DNA of 64,000 nt from Podarcis vaucheri. Lineage: Eukaryota. This document shows positions 40,951 through 54,784 of the stretch, piece by piece (position 1 is the first letter of the stretch; each line of letters starts with the position of its first letter). The position numbers and the translations under genes are program-made. Below the pieces are notes generated by a model that was given only the letters and a program-made list of their open reading frames with translations, made no database searches and was not told the origin of the DNA. Where the stretch lies: the NCBI GenBank assembly GCA_965113315.1, contig OZ220367.1. One strand, 5' to 3'.

Positions 40951-41656
40951 GCATATATATGAAGTTACAGAAAGCTGTGGCACTGAGTGGGTAGAGCGTA
41001 TGTGAAGCATTCTCCACACAGGCCATGTGCTTCTTCCCCAGTACTTTAGGCAATTTAATACAATCCACCCAGTAACAACTCCACAGGCAGTCCAACGCAC
41101 TCACCAAACCAAAGGCCAAGACTTCACTCATTAATAGATGGTGGCAGTGCGTCAGGGTGCATTGAAAGATACCATAGGCTTGCTAGGGGGATGAGGAGTC
41201 AGTCAATGTGGCAAGCTTTCCCTTCGGCAGACGGATTTATCTCCAGCTGACCAAGCACACTCTTGCTAACTTTTAATCTAAAGGGAAATTGCAAAACATG
41301 TTCCAATGACTACTGCCCAACAAAGCATCTAGACAAGATATGTAGTCAAACTCTAGTTATTCTCAATAAGAAACTATTACACAGTTTGTGTTGTATGCTT
41401 CAAAAAGATTTACAGTATGTATAAAGTGGGATACCAGTCACAACTTCATACAAATAAAGATGCTACACCTGAGAAAGAGGTAAAACAACAAAGCTACAGA
41501 ACACCTGCAGCTGGCACCAACTCCCACTCTCCTTTGCTGCTTAGGAGCAGCAAGTACACTACAAGACATGTATGAGAGGTGGGGCCTCAGTTTTTACTTC
41601 AGTATTAGCAAATAGGATACAAGGGAATCAACATTCTAATCCAGCACACATAGGTA

Positions 41657-41823
41657 CCGTACTTTTCCGTGTATAAGAGTAGGTTTTTTTACTTTAAAAT
41701 AAGGGTAAAAATCTGGGGGCGTCTTATACACGGATAGCGCAGGTGTCCATTTTCTAAATTTGGGGTCCCCCAAAATAGGGGGCATCTTATACATGGGAGC
41801 ATCTTATAAATGGAAAAATACAG
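41657..41823. mobile_element. Tc2/pogo-like MITE
   Basis: TA TSD; TIRs CCGTACTTTTCCGTGTATAAGA vs CTGTATTTTTCCATTTATAAGA; internal ggggc[g/a]tcttatac repeats. Confidence 0.8.
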
Positions 41824-43154
41824 TAATTATCAAAACAACTGATTACATGGGGGGAGACAGGGCCTGGACAACATAGTGTAGTGGACACAGGTTGGCTTTG
41901 GACCAAAGACATGGGTCCCACTGTCATAAAGCTCACTCGCAACCTAACCTCATTTACAGTGTTGTTTGGGATAATTCCCCCATGTATGTCATACTGAGTT
42001 CCTTGGAACAAAAGCAGAATACAAGTGTGAATAAAGACAGCGCTTTGAAAGGGTGCTCACAGCCCCAGATACACACAATCCTGACATGAGAGTGCGCCTA
42101 TCTTTTAAATCTAATAGTTTCACAGTTGTTGAAGTCTGACTTCACTGTTCTTGCAAATTTAGTATGTAGATATGTTGGCTCCTTTGGGTAAAGTAATTTT
42201 GTAACTTTTGGCTCTGTTCATCAAGAGATAAACTGCCTTTGTTATTTCTGTAGAGATTATTCAAAATGAAGAACTTCATACCAAAATGTATATATGTAAT
42301 GCATATATATTATAAATACATGTAGGAATGTGACCTTAGCAAGTGGTAATATTTCATATAAATGATTGTGTGAAAACAGGATAGATGTTTATCAGGAATT
42401 GTGTAAATTAATTCATTCAGCCACAGGGCAGGACATGAGTTATATTAACTCCATGAGTGTCTTTGAATTCTTCCAAGAGATTCACATCAGCATCACTTCC
42501 ACCTTCACTAAGATCCTATTAATGACAAACATCTAATATAGATGTTGTATAGCCTCTAAGGATCATATCGACTTCTCACTTTAAGAACATCCTTCACATA
42601 AATTGCACATAATTCCTATGTACACAGCTACATGTGTCAAATGCACACACTTCAGTATATGCAACATAAGTTATACATATTAATAATCATATGTGATGAA
42701 CATGTACACAGAGTTTTTTTATTTAAAAAGAAGCATTAATGTTGCAAAGATATGCTTGAAAATGTGTGGGTGTTGCTTGTTGAAATGTCGGAAGCTAGAG
42801 GAATTGCAGAATATGATTTCCAGTAGTTAAGAGAGCAGCACTTCAGCACACTGTAAAGCTTTGTGCCTTCTCCATGACAAACAAAAAACAATGTAAGTTA
42901 TGCAGAAGAGTAAAAATTGCAGAATTATGCAAAGTACAGTAAGAGGAATCATGCATATCTGCTGAATATTCAGAATTTATAGAAGTTGTAGAATTCAGCT
43001 TCCCTTATTACAAGAAAGAGAGAATGAGAAAAGCGAAACACATTCAGCCTCTTACTGAAAACATTCAGTCTCTTCTAAAAATATATTATATAGCAAAGCA
43101 TTCAAAGAGTTTCATCTTTATACACACACCTTGAATACAGATATTTTTTATAGT

Positions 43155-43295
43155 AAAACAGCATTATTACCCCATGTTGTGGTTAGGTGCTAAGGCTGAG
43201 AGAATGTGACTTGCCTAAAGCTATCAAAATTCAAGATTTGAATAAAGGGCTTCCTGATTTGTAGCTCAGTCTCTTAGTCACTATACCACCCCAGC
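43155..43295 (-). mobile_element. Old MIR-like SINE
   Basis: aggctgagagaatgtgacttgcctaa...tcttagtcactatacca, the reverse of a tRNA/CORE SINE. Confidence 0.5.
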
Positions 43296-44961
43296 TCTCT
43301 GCTGACATCATGTAATCACCCGCACATCCCTATGCAAAAACCTAATTGACATGGATGAAACAAATCTGCAGATCCTAGGTAATCGTTGCCTTTACCTTCA
43401 CATGAAGTGGTAATTGCTTTGGCAGACTGTGTCTTAATCTTCTAGATTTGAAGGGGGTGGGGAGCAAAAAACCAACACATCCTTTGGCTTTAACTACTTT
43501 TGACTTTTAATCTACCTAACTGTAAATGCTTTTCTCTCACTTTCTACATCCAATCAACAACCTCTTCTACTCAGCATACAAGATATAACTACTGTCCCTT
43601 CATCATGCTCACAGAAAAAGCATAATGGATTATTAGAGGAATATTGCATTTTTTCTCCATTTGCTTTAATAATATTTAGACTAGAAACAAAGATTCTTAA
43701 ATAAGAGATTATTCTGCTGCCCAGACACAACTTCACAGGCCACAGTCAAGGATTTTACTTTTTTTATTACAAGTGTCTGGCTCTCTTTACATGCAACAGC
43801 AAATGCAGTCTTATGAATTCAACAATATGGAAGCCAGAATTTCTAAAGCACCATGCACAGCAGAGTTCTTTTCCTAGTTCTGCGCTGTTCTGCCTAAGAC
43901 CCCTGCTGGCAGTCTGCATATTCTTTACACTGGATAATAACAGTTTTACTTCTCATTTAAAATTAGTTAAGAGTGGTCCAATAGAATGAAATCTAATTTC
44001 TTCCTGCACAGCCATAGCAAGAACTAACCAGTGAAATCCATTCCTAGAAGTAACAGCAGCCTTTTTAGGACTAATGGCTTCTAAATTGTCTGGGCTGGTA
44101 CTGTCAGCCAATCCAAAAATTGTGATTGTGAGGGTCTTCCCCACTGCTGGCTTGTTAGAAGCAAGTACCTCTGCCCAACACCAACAAAAGTTCTCCCCCT
44201 GCCCAACCTTTCCTGCAAGCCAGAAGCTTGTGAATTTCAGCCAATGCTTAGTGATAGAGCTCTGGGCCTTCCACCAAGCAAAGGCTCAAGAAACATCCCC
44301 ACCTTCCTCTCCTTCAGGGAACATGCAAACATCAGCCACTACTCAGCAGGGGACCACCATCATCAAGCAGTGGCTGGAACCCCTACCACCTCTTTCTTGC
44401 AGAAAAGAGTGCTTAGGATCATGTCAGCTTTATCAGCTGCTCAGAAGCTGAGCTCCGGACCTGTCTCCCAAGCAACAACTGTAAAGGCCTCTTTATCTTG
44501 TGGGAAAGAGAGGCAGGAATGTGTGGGATTCAGCTGGTGAAGGCAACAGCACTTGCTTTCAAATAGCACCCAAGACGTCCATAAGCAGGAAGGGAGAGGT
44601 ATTGCTGGTTTGTCCCTCTGGGACCAAGAACTCCAGGGGGCTTGGATAAGTGTTAGAAACTCAGATATATAAGCCAATTGACAAAAGGCACCTTTAAACC
44701 TAGGTTATGGTCGTGTGTTTGTTGTTGTTAACTTCATTTCTATACCACATTTCTATACCACTATACCACACATATGAGATTTTTTTTTAAATCTCAAAGT
44801 GGTTTACAACTCATTAAAACATCAAATAAAACAATCCAGAATAAAACAAATTCAAGATCCAAGGAAAATATTTAATATCCTTCTCTAAGAATTGTTTTGC
44901 TTTCCCAATATTTATTTACCAATTTAATTTATACAGCAGCCCAATAGCAGAAGTACTCTAG

Positions 44962-45165
44962 GAAGCCAGTATGGTATAGCGGTCAGAGTGTGGACCTGGG
45001 AGATCAGAGTTCAAATCCCCACTCAGTCATGAAGCTCACTGGGTGACCTTGGACAAGTCACAGCCTCTTAACCTAACCTCACAGGGTCATTGTAGGGATT
45101 GACTGAGGAGGAGGGTGAACCATGTAGTCTTTGGAGAAAAGGGTGAGATATAAATGCAGTAAATA
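44962..45165 (+). mobile_element. tRNA-derived CORE/MIR-like SINE
   Basis: A-box-like tggtatagcggtc, B-box gagttcaaatccc, core ctgggtgaccttggacaagtcac, A-rich tail; a partial second copy lies at ~47684-47840. Confidence 0.7.
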
Positions 45166-47041
45166 AGCTCTTCTGCTTACCTGCTCAAGAAAACTGGAGG
45201 AGCAAGCCAGATGGAGATGTAAGTTGCCAACCTGGCATCCACAGATCTCCACATGGTCGCAATTGGACCTGCACCAGTCACAAAATGCGCCTGGTGAATT
45301 TCTAGCACAGGCTTGAATCACACAACTTCAATACCATCCCTAGCCTTCCTCCCAACTTTAGAGAGGTGAAGGGGGCAAAGATTGCCTGGACATTTCTGGG
45401 ATGATCCTTCTCCATTCCCTGGTTTTCAAAGTTGGGAGGAAAGCTGGCCACTCCTCATGCTTGCTAGAGGGTGGTGCCACACTTGCCAATGCAAGAGTAA
45501 TTGCTGAATCCTGCTCTGCTTGAAGCAGCAGATACCATTTCTCCCTACCTGCCTCAGCAAAAGAATAGGAAACAGTTGGTGGCATTGGATGAAAGAGCAA
45601 ATGGGCGCATCTCTCTCAGTCAGCCAGCAATTTGTCATTCAGGACTTTCTTGTGTAGTTACCAGAATGAACGCCTTTATATTGCTGACATTCTTATGGTC
45701 AGCAAGGATAAGTGCAAATTAAAAGCTTATTAACACATGGTGATTTTAACAGGAACAAAGGAATCACACACATAGAAGGATTTATTAATCCATAGAAATC
45801 ATCCCTGCGCTAGACAAATATAGGGCTTCCCTTCCCTGGGTAGCAAAATATAACACACAAACAAAAAGAGGAACTCTGGCCTGATGGCACAGCATGCAGT
45901 GTAGTGAGAAGTTTAAAATATCTAGCATGTGCCATTCTTGTCAGTAGTGTAAATCAACATCCAGGAAGAGGTTATACATTATAATTCCCACTGCTTGATT
46001 GGTTGTACTTTGCACCCCAGTATGAGATGAGCTCTCATACTTGTCCCATGGGAACAAGAACCCTGAACTACTCTGAGTAGACCCACCAATATTAATGAAC
46101 ATTACTTCATTAGGTACATTCATTTCAGTGTGTCTACTCTTAAGTAAAAGTTGACTATTACCCCTGAGTTTTTTACTCACATCAGCCCTGCTTAACATAT
46201 AATGAAGCTCCAGATAAAAGTATCTTGTATTAAAATGTGAAAAATTGGGGTGAAGCTGCAACAATAGAATGTATAACTCTGTTCGTAAACAGGGCTCCGG
46301 ACTTCATACCAACTTCTAAGCACATCTATTTTCAAGCCCCAAATTTAAAGCCCAAAACAATGGAAGGCAAGATTCTCAACATGAATTTTGAGCCAGAGTT
46401 ACCCCTGCACAGCCCTGTGTATTATCTTCACATTAGTAATCTTCAATACTCATATAAAAAAGAAGAGACCTATGAACATATCACATGTGAAAGGGAGGGG
46501 GGTCAAGTAAAGTTTGCTCTGGGAGGCTAATTTACTTTCCCCATCTTGTGATCCTTCAAGCTGCAAGGAAGCAGCCCCACTTTGTTTGGAAGGGTAGCTT
46601 GGCCTCAGAGAGTATACATCCAATTTCCCCTATATTTGGTCCCTAGGCAGCTGGCCATTTGCCAAAACTCTTTAGCCTAACTCCCAGCACCAGCTGGCTA
46701 AGGGCTCTTGCATACATGCTGCTCCCTGCTGCCAACATTCCCTGGCAGCCTGCAAAGAAAACCATCAGCTTCCACTTGTTTGGGGGGTTGAGGAAGAGAT
46801 GGAGGGTCATTTGCATCCTAATGCTTTTTCCACAAAGGTAGGAGATCTGAAAATTCTAATGTGGCCATCTCTTGTCCTACTGCCCTATCCCAAGCACACA
46901 TACATAATCTAAAACCTTAATTTACTAAGAAAATGGGGGGGGGGCAGGGAGAAAGCAAGGCAAATAAGAAGATTTTCCCCCTCCTCTAACTTTCCACCCC
47001 AAAACCCTCACTGACAGACATGCCAGGGACTAATTTTTCCA

Positions 47042-47100
47042 GAGAGGTAGCTGTGTTAGTCTGTTGCACCAAGAAGAACAGAGTCCTGTGGCACCTTAAA
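47042..47100. mobile_element. Penelope-like terminal remnant (related remnant at ~61394-61452)
   Basis: gtagctgtgttagtctg...agagtcctgtggcacctt, recalled from sauropsid Penelope-like repeat ends. Confidence 0.4.
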
Positions 47101-50100
47101 AAGAATAATTGTGAGATCTGAGTTGGCAAATATTACTGTATACACAAAGGTTAGGGAAAATAAATATATAAAGTGGGAGCTAAATGGCAATGTGGTGCAA
47201 AAAATACAATCAGTAGTAATTCAACCAGAGCTTAGATGTGTGTTAAACAGGCACAATATAGGAAAGCATTGTGTCTATTCAAACCAAATTAATGTTACTG
47301 AGGCATGGAGCCAGCTCTGGAAAGGGCTTTGGAGCCCTTCTGTAATCAAGGCCAAATACAACTGTGAATTGCATGAGCATTATGCTAGAAATCATTCTAG
47401 CCCACTCTTATCCCTGCTCTTTGGGGCCAAACTGTTGTGGCACACAAAGTATAAGAGGCTTCACTTTCTCAGCCCTTTTGTCCCTGATATTTGCCTCAGA
47501 TCCTATTCTACTCTACTCCTTGGCTGGACCTGATCTGCCTTGCTCCTTTAAATCCATCTAGGCTTGGTGGCTCCAGCTTTGACCAGAAAAGGGCACAGAG
47601 CTCCAGAGAAGGAATGCCAAGTGCCCCAGAATTGCCACTGAAACCACAAGTTAATCACTGCACATTGCTCCTTATTTACAATAAACTCACTGGGTGACCT
47701 TGGGCCAATCAGTCTCTCATCCTTCCCTACCTTCTATGGTCGCTGTGGGGATAAAACAAGGAAGAAGACAATCATGTACATCACCTTGTGCTCTTTGGAG
47801 GAAAGGTAGGATATAAACATAATTAATTAATTAATTAATATTATTCTATGCGTGGTGTAGCGTTTTATAAAACTATCTTCTCTAAACCGCTTTCTGGTTC
47901 TATTCCCTTAGCGTACAGCCCCTCTCGTCTGCTGCAGTGATATGCACAATCTTACTGCAATGCTACTGTTCCCCAATCACCCTTCCATCTCCTTCTTTCC
48001 TTTACCCATTCACAACTCTCTGCTTTTTTCAACCACTTTCAAATACTCCACTGGTTCATTCATTCCTCCTCACCACAGATTTCTGCATCTTGAACTTAAC
48101 CATTTTTCCACTCACCCCATACAATATTTCATTCACTCCTGTTAAACACTTCCAAACAAAATATATGAGAGATTCGTGTCATTTCCACTTGATGTTGGAG
48201 AAGCTCTGCCGGTAACTAGATGGACCAGTGGTGTGTCAAAGAATAGGAAGTTGGTAAGTAGCAATTGCCCCTGGACAAGCAGCCAAGTGGCAAAAAGGAC
48301 CACATCCCATGCTTCCCCTTCACCCTCCCACTCCAATGAACTTCCCCTTTGACTGCATTGCCTGTTCACTTATTCTTATCACTGCCCCTTATGATTCCAG
48401 TTATAGCAGGACACCTCTATTATGTTTTCCTGTATGTTTGCTTTCTCTTTCATTTTATGCTTTATGTGGAGACTGAACAAAGGGAAGCAAAAGATATTTC
48501 TGAAAAGTTATTGACAAAGCTAACATTACTGTTAAGAGAAAGTTCTAGGGATCTGACCATTTACAAACTGCTTTGCATAGCATTTAGAATATGGTAGGAG
48601 AAGCATGTTTTCATCTTAGGCTGATTCAGCTATGCCCATCAAATTATTAAGTTTTCAGTCAATCCCTCACATTACAAAATAAAAAGAAATAAAGCAGACA
48701 CCAAAGTCGTGTATTTCATGCAATTTGCAGCTCTCCTACTTAAGATGGAGACTTTACTGAGAAAGACTGGTGTTAAACTGTGGAGCACAGACTATTCTGA
48801 ACCAAATAAAAATAATGGGAAAAACCAATGCCATTATTTTTGTGTTTTAGATATTAAAGTCTCTACAGACTAGAATCATCTCAACATATAGCCACTATTT
48901 AAAATTATATTGCACAAAACACCTGAATGCAAACCATCTTATAATACCATAATCACAAAGTTTTTATTCCATTTTGGGGAAACAGACACCTAAAATCAGA
49001 CCCCCAAGTACATTTGTCTTTATTTTAGTTAAAAATACTGAGCTTTCTCAACTCTCATTTGATAAAGGGAACAGACAGTAGTCAGTGCTTCCAAGAACCT
49101 ATCATATTGGGATTAATTAGGCACTAGGCTTTTGGCACACATTTTCAACATCTTGGCCAAACTTTACAGAAGCTCTGTAAGTTAACTTATTTTACTACTG
49201 CTATTTATAAAGTGCCACAATAGCCAATCATAGCCAAACAACCAACATACAAATAGTTATTGGCAACATAACAAAGGAAGGAAAATGGTTTAAATATACT
49301 AACATCCTAGTCTTGGGGCATCCAGTCAAGCTACGCAAAGAGGTGTTTTTGTCCCTTGCATACTCCCAAATGTGGAAGTAGGATCAGAAACGGGATCTGG
49401 AAGAAAGGGTAAACAGCATGTTAGTTAAATTCACAGATGGTACTACACTGGGTAATGTTGCAAACATTAGCAGGAACAAAAATATAAATGAATTTAGGAA
49501 CATACGAAGGAAAACACATCACATTTCAGGAAAGTGTGCTAATGACATGTAATGAAATTCTAGCACACAACAAAAATGTTCAAAGGAAACAAAGGATTAG
49601 TTGTAACGGATGAAAAGTAGATAAAGGGGACTGCAAGAGATCAAGAAGTTAGAAAAAGTGATGTGCTGTATCTGAAGTCAGTGTGCAAGCAGGACTAACA
49701 CTGGCACAACAGAAAATCCCTTCCCTCACCTCCCCCCATGCAACCCTCTCATGGGAGAGAGAAGTTCTGTTGCAAAAGCAGAAGTTGTTCTACTCATGCA
49801 ATGACTTCGTTGGATACAACACTGTGCCTTCAAGCCACACTAAAGACACTCTTGTCTCATTGTGCTAGAGTCACTTGCTGTAAGCCATTGTACCAATCAG
49901 CTTTCTTCACTCTTACACACTGCTTATCTGACTAGTAGATTAGAACAGGGTGGGCAGATCTTATCAACTGGTGTTTTTTCACTAGAGTCCTGAGATCTAC
50001 CAACCAGAGCCGTGTGCAAGGCACACAGAATTAAAGAACAAAGTGCCTTTGAGCATATTCTGAGCATTTTCAGGATCACAACAAATTGAGTTTAGTGTCT

Positions 50101-50374
50101 TTTCACACAACAGTCCAATCCTGATTAATCTTCATTTCAGCAGACTAATTTTGGTAGGGAAAGTTGTTTTGTTGCCATTGTTTAATAACTGGGAGTCAGA
50201 AATACTTGCTGATCTACCAAAAATCATTGAGAGATCCTGAATTACCGTCTGTCTACCCCAGCTCAGACAATGATACAGTACTACATATTGATTTATTTTG
50301 TTTCCCTGGAACTTTTTTTCTTTTTCTTTTTTTAAGAAAGTTTGGCTTCAACAGGAAATAAATAAAATTCTATA

Positions 50375-50728
50375 CAGTGGTGCCTCGGAAGACGAAATTA
50401 ATTCATTCCGCGAGTTTTTTCGTCTAGCGAATTTTTCGTCTTGCGAAGCACGGTGTCGGGAAAGTTTTGGAAAAGCTTCAAAAATCACCAAAGTCTTCAA
50501 AAACCTCAAAAAAAGCTACCACACCGCGTTCTATGAGTTGCTCCTCGAAGTCAAGTCGCAACTGTATTAACGGTGTTAAGAAAAAGGAAACAAACTTGCA
50601 AGACGTTTTCGTCTTGCGAAGCAAGCCCATAGGGAAATTTGTCTTGCGAAGCAGCTCAAAAAACGCAAAACCCTTTCGTCTAGCGAGTTTTTCGTCTTGC
50701 GAGGCATTCGTCTTGCGGGGCACCACTG
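50375..50728. mobile_element. Tc1/mariner (Tigger/pogo-like) MITE, same TIR family as 38695
   Basis: TIRs CAGTGGTGCCTCGGAAGACGAA/TTCGTCTTGCGGGGCACCACTG; TA TSD (50373-74 and 50729-30). Confidence 0.9.
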
Positions 50729-51470
50729 TACTTCAATTGTTTAATTCTCAGCAAAGCATATTCCAGGAACTTAGAAGTTTATGTGGTAAATTTGAACTTA
50801 AGATTGACCCTCAGGTCAATCCAGAGTTTCACTTATATATACTTTTAAAAGTCACTGAAGTAGGGAGATTTTGCCAGTGGTCAGCATGCAGCAAGCTAGG
50901 CATGAAGATGTGGTGGGGGAAAGAGTCATATGATGTAGTATTGAAATAAAGGATTCAGAACTGAGAATGGAAGATGAAGCAGGGGAAATAGTTAGATGTC
51001 TAAAGGAGGAAATGGGATTAGGAAGGAAACACCCAAAAACAGTGGCAAGGAAGCAAGAGATGCACATTCCCCTTTAAAAACGTAACCCGAAAATGAATTT
51101 CTACAGTTGTTTATTCCTTTGAACATTACTGGAGGAGGAAACAAAAGGGTCAATTTATATTAGGGTTGGCTGCCTCCCCCCCCCCCCCCAGAACTCTGGC
51201 CAATTAGTATTGGACCAACTTTTCCAAGTTGGTCTTAATGTAGATAAGAAATTAAGTTCAGTACTTAAATACAAGAAAAATGAAATGTAACTTTTTCACT
51301 CAATATAATCTCATGGGATTCAAGATGAAAATTTTTGAATAAGCATTTTCAGAATAATTGCAATGGTAAGAAGAGCTTCAATTTATTTCCAATGATCAGG
51401 AAACAGAACATTTGTGCAATTTACCTTCCCTATGCTGCAGTCCCTCCCAGCTCTTTCTCTCCCCAAGAGA

Positions 51471-51474
<4 letters not shown>

Positions 51475-51504
<30 letters not shown>
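51475..51504. repeat. (CA)n microsatellite
   Basis: Direct observation. Confidence 0.95.
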
Positions 51505-51506
<2 letters not shown>

Positions 51507-53731
51507 AACCAAGCCTTATTACTATACTAGAATGTCAAGAATTAAGCAAGAATTAACCAGAAGCACCAGTGACCATGTTTTGGACCTTTTTGTACATAAT
51601 CTGAATAGTTTATAAAATCTCATTATTAAATGTGCACAGCTTTTTTTTTCTTGGCCAAGAAAAATTGGAATAAGTGTATGAACTAATAATGGCAAGGTCC
51701 TCAGAGTTAGGTTTCATACTTTTAACACCCACTGAGCTCTCATAAGAGACACAAATCCTGTAACTAACTTTATATAATTTAGACAAAGTTCAAAGCACAA
51801 TGCAACATATACCATATATTCTTAGCACATGTCTGAGAAACCACAAAAGATGCAAAAGAAAGGGGTTTCCTTCTTTAGTCAAAGAAAATCCCAATGAGAA
51901 GAAAACATTTCAATATCTGTATATGCTACTTAACCATGGCTATCTTAGATCAGAGGACAGTGTTAGAAGGTATTTTGTACACAGGTTGAGATGGCTGAAT
52001 AGAACAGTTATATGTATGTCGTGTATGAAAAGCATATTCTATTTTTATAACACATGAAAGCTGGGCTCAATTATTTCTCAGTTATCACTTATAGATCCTT
52101 CACATAGACATTTTGAGAAGAGAACGCTGGTCTCTGTAGCTAGAGCATGTGCAGGCCTCTAAATGTTGTGCATTTTGTTGAAGATTTGTTGTTTTAACAT
52201 TTTCCACTGCTCTGCAAGTCCCGAGTTACCTGCATATTTAATGCTGAACAACCAGAAAAGCCTACAAACAGAAGTCAATGAAAACAGCCTCTCTAGTCAC
52301 GATTAAAAAAATAAGCATGACTGTTTTACATCTTGGGAAGAATAACCATCAGGCTATTCAAGGTTTGTAAGTGTATGCATCTATAGTAATACCAATTCCT
52401 TATTTTAACTTTTATACAGTATCTAGCACTGTAAAATGATAACTAGATGTAATACTGAACAACCTATACTTGCACACCCACTCACAATGTTCCCAAGTTC
52501 AGAGGTACTTGATTTACAATCTACAATGCTACTATTATGTAGGCCATACATAATGATGAATTTTAGTTTCCTGTGATGTTCATGATTTTTAAAAGGCTTA
52601 GAGCCAAATCCAGCAGGGTATAGCATTTACAAAAAAGGAAACATATGGGAACATTGAAGGTTTATGGGGTCATTTTTCCTTCACTATTCAGGAAAGTGTA
52701 TGAAGTAGGTTCAGGGGTATATTAGTGGCGCTCTTATGAAAGGGAGAAGGTTGAACAAAATATTGGCATGTACACTATTGACAGGAAACAAAATATACAT
52801 TATAATGCACTTTCATTAAGATTCAGAAGAAAATCGTGATTTTATTTTTCTGACAGATTATTAAAATTTACCAGAATAGTGACAGAACATCTTTCCTTGT
52901 CTTCACTGTGCTTCTAATTTTAAGTATCATACTTCAGCTTCACAGAATTACATCTTTTGGAATCTGGAGCCAGGTAAGTGTGAGTGTCACTATGATGCCT
53001 GCATGAAGGTCTGGTGCATATAAATTCCAAAGGAGCACTTATACGGACATTCGGGTATTAGGTAACCAAAGGTATCTTGTGAATTACTTTTTATCAATAC
53101 CAAAAGCAACCATAAAAATAAAGCTTGTCGACTTTGTTCCCTGTTAGAAAGTAGCCCTAAGTATCAAGCCTCTATCTGAAACTTCCATTATTCCCTCAGA
53201 GCATTCCAAATTAATGAGATTCATATCAAACCCTGAAAAACACACTCCTAATTTCTAAAACATGCAAATCAAAACTACAACTCAGCACTACACTATTTGT
53301 ATGTGATCCTCTCTTATAGTCATATCACTTCACAGATGTGTAGCTTTCAACATGAAGATGAAAATCTGGCTATCTTAGCATGTAACCTTCATGGCACCAA
53401 TTATAGCACTTTTTATTACAATACATAGAGCACAGATATCTGATAACTTGTAAAATGACAAGTGGTTATCATTTCAAACTTAAACTCGCTGGCCTGGCAT
53501 CCAGGCAAATGACCTCATTTTTAACAATGCAAAATATATATTTGCTTCCACATCCTGAGCAATAAGGAGAGCTCACTTAATTAAAGCATATTTTGGTAAG
53601 AATAGAACTAAAGATTTCCATTCCAATTTTTAATACTCTCAGCTAAACTTCATTAGAGTATAGTTCTATCAAAACAACTGACTTGCTAACTTTTAACAAC
53701 TCTGTTCTAGTAAAATTCAAAGCCTTTAAAT

Positions 53732-53952
53732 CAGTGTTTCTCAATCTTTTTTTAACTCATGCCCCCTTTTAGTAATATAAAAATCCCACTCTCCCCCTTC
53801 AAACCTGGCTCCTACATTGTTATTTTTTAATTGTCAAATGGATTGAAATTTTGTTTTTGTTTTTTTACTTACACTGTACATATTTTGGGAACACTTCTGT
53901 CCCCACTCAAGATCATCATATGCCTCCCTCCCGCCCTGGTTCACAAACACTG
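53732..53952. mobile_element. Older hAT-Charlie-like MITE
   Basis: Ends CAGTGTTTCTCAA ... TTCACAAACACTG; imperfect 8-bp TSD CTTTAAAT/ATTTAGAT. Confidence 0.6.
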
Positions 53953-54662
53953 ATTTAGATGTTTAAAAATCCCAGTTGGACTTTCACCATACTTCCTCCA
54001 AGACTTCTATTAAAAATGTTGTTACTGCAATATGGCCTAACCAAAGACCATGAACACAAGATAAAATTAACAGTTTTCTTATGGACTTATTGGCCCAGAT
54101 CAGACCAATTATAGCTGCCACACATAATCAACCTGTCTTCCATTGGAACTGGAACCTTGCCTCTGAAGCCACAGGTAGTTCTCTTTCCCAGTACTGTTAC
54201 CTGAGACAAAACCTAAAGTCCTGTATGCAAACCAAACCAATCCTCCCACCCACTAAAGTTTTATTTGGAATGGACTCATAAACTCAAATATTTTACTTCC
54301 CCAGAGAAAGATCAGGGGAAAATATCACCAATACTTATTGCACCCTGGAAGTTTATGAAGCTAAGACCTCATAAAACTGATCAATTTGAAGTTCAAACTG
54401 TTAGGTGCAATGCTATCAAGATAAAATGCTACAAACACAATTATACTTTGGACCTTCTAAAATGTTTTTGTACTTTACCTCAAAAAATAATCTGGATAGC
54501 TAGGTGATTAACCTTCACAGCTTAGTCATTTCCTTCATATCTTCTGTTTACACAAAAGGGGGGAAAGTGCACCCACATAGATACCAAGACTACAGGGGTG
54601 GAGAGAGAAGCAAAAAGAATTGTTCCCCCTAGATGCTATGCTCATTTTTTCCAAATCGGCAA

Positions 54663-54700
54663 CAGAAGTGCTCCAACATATCAGAAGTGCTCCAACATGT
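54663..54700. repeat. 19-bp tandem duplication
   Basis: CAGAAGTGCTCCAACATAT followed by CAGAAGTGCTCCAACATGT. Confidence 0.9.
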
Positions 54701-54723
54701 TTCCTTTTTGTGATATCTGATTA

Positions 54724-54784
54724 AGTCATACTCAGAGTAGACCCACTGAAATCAATACTTAAGTGGTCTACTCTGAGTATGACT
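54724..54784. repeat. Perfect 20-bp inverted repeat (short palindromic squamate repeat family; relative at ~46068-46145)
   Basis: AGTCATACTCAGAGTAGACC (54724-54743) / GGTCTACTCTGAGTATGACT (54765-54784). Confidence 0.9.

Noticed and set aside
44074-44540. 125-aa and 98-aa plus-strand ORFs in intron 1
   Set aside because: No recognisable homology or splice context; length compatible with chance
50467-50949. 160-aa ORF overlapping the mariner MITE as a transposase
   Set aside because: No HTH or DDE motifs; it is a translation of subterminal repeats
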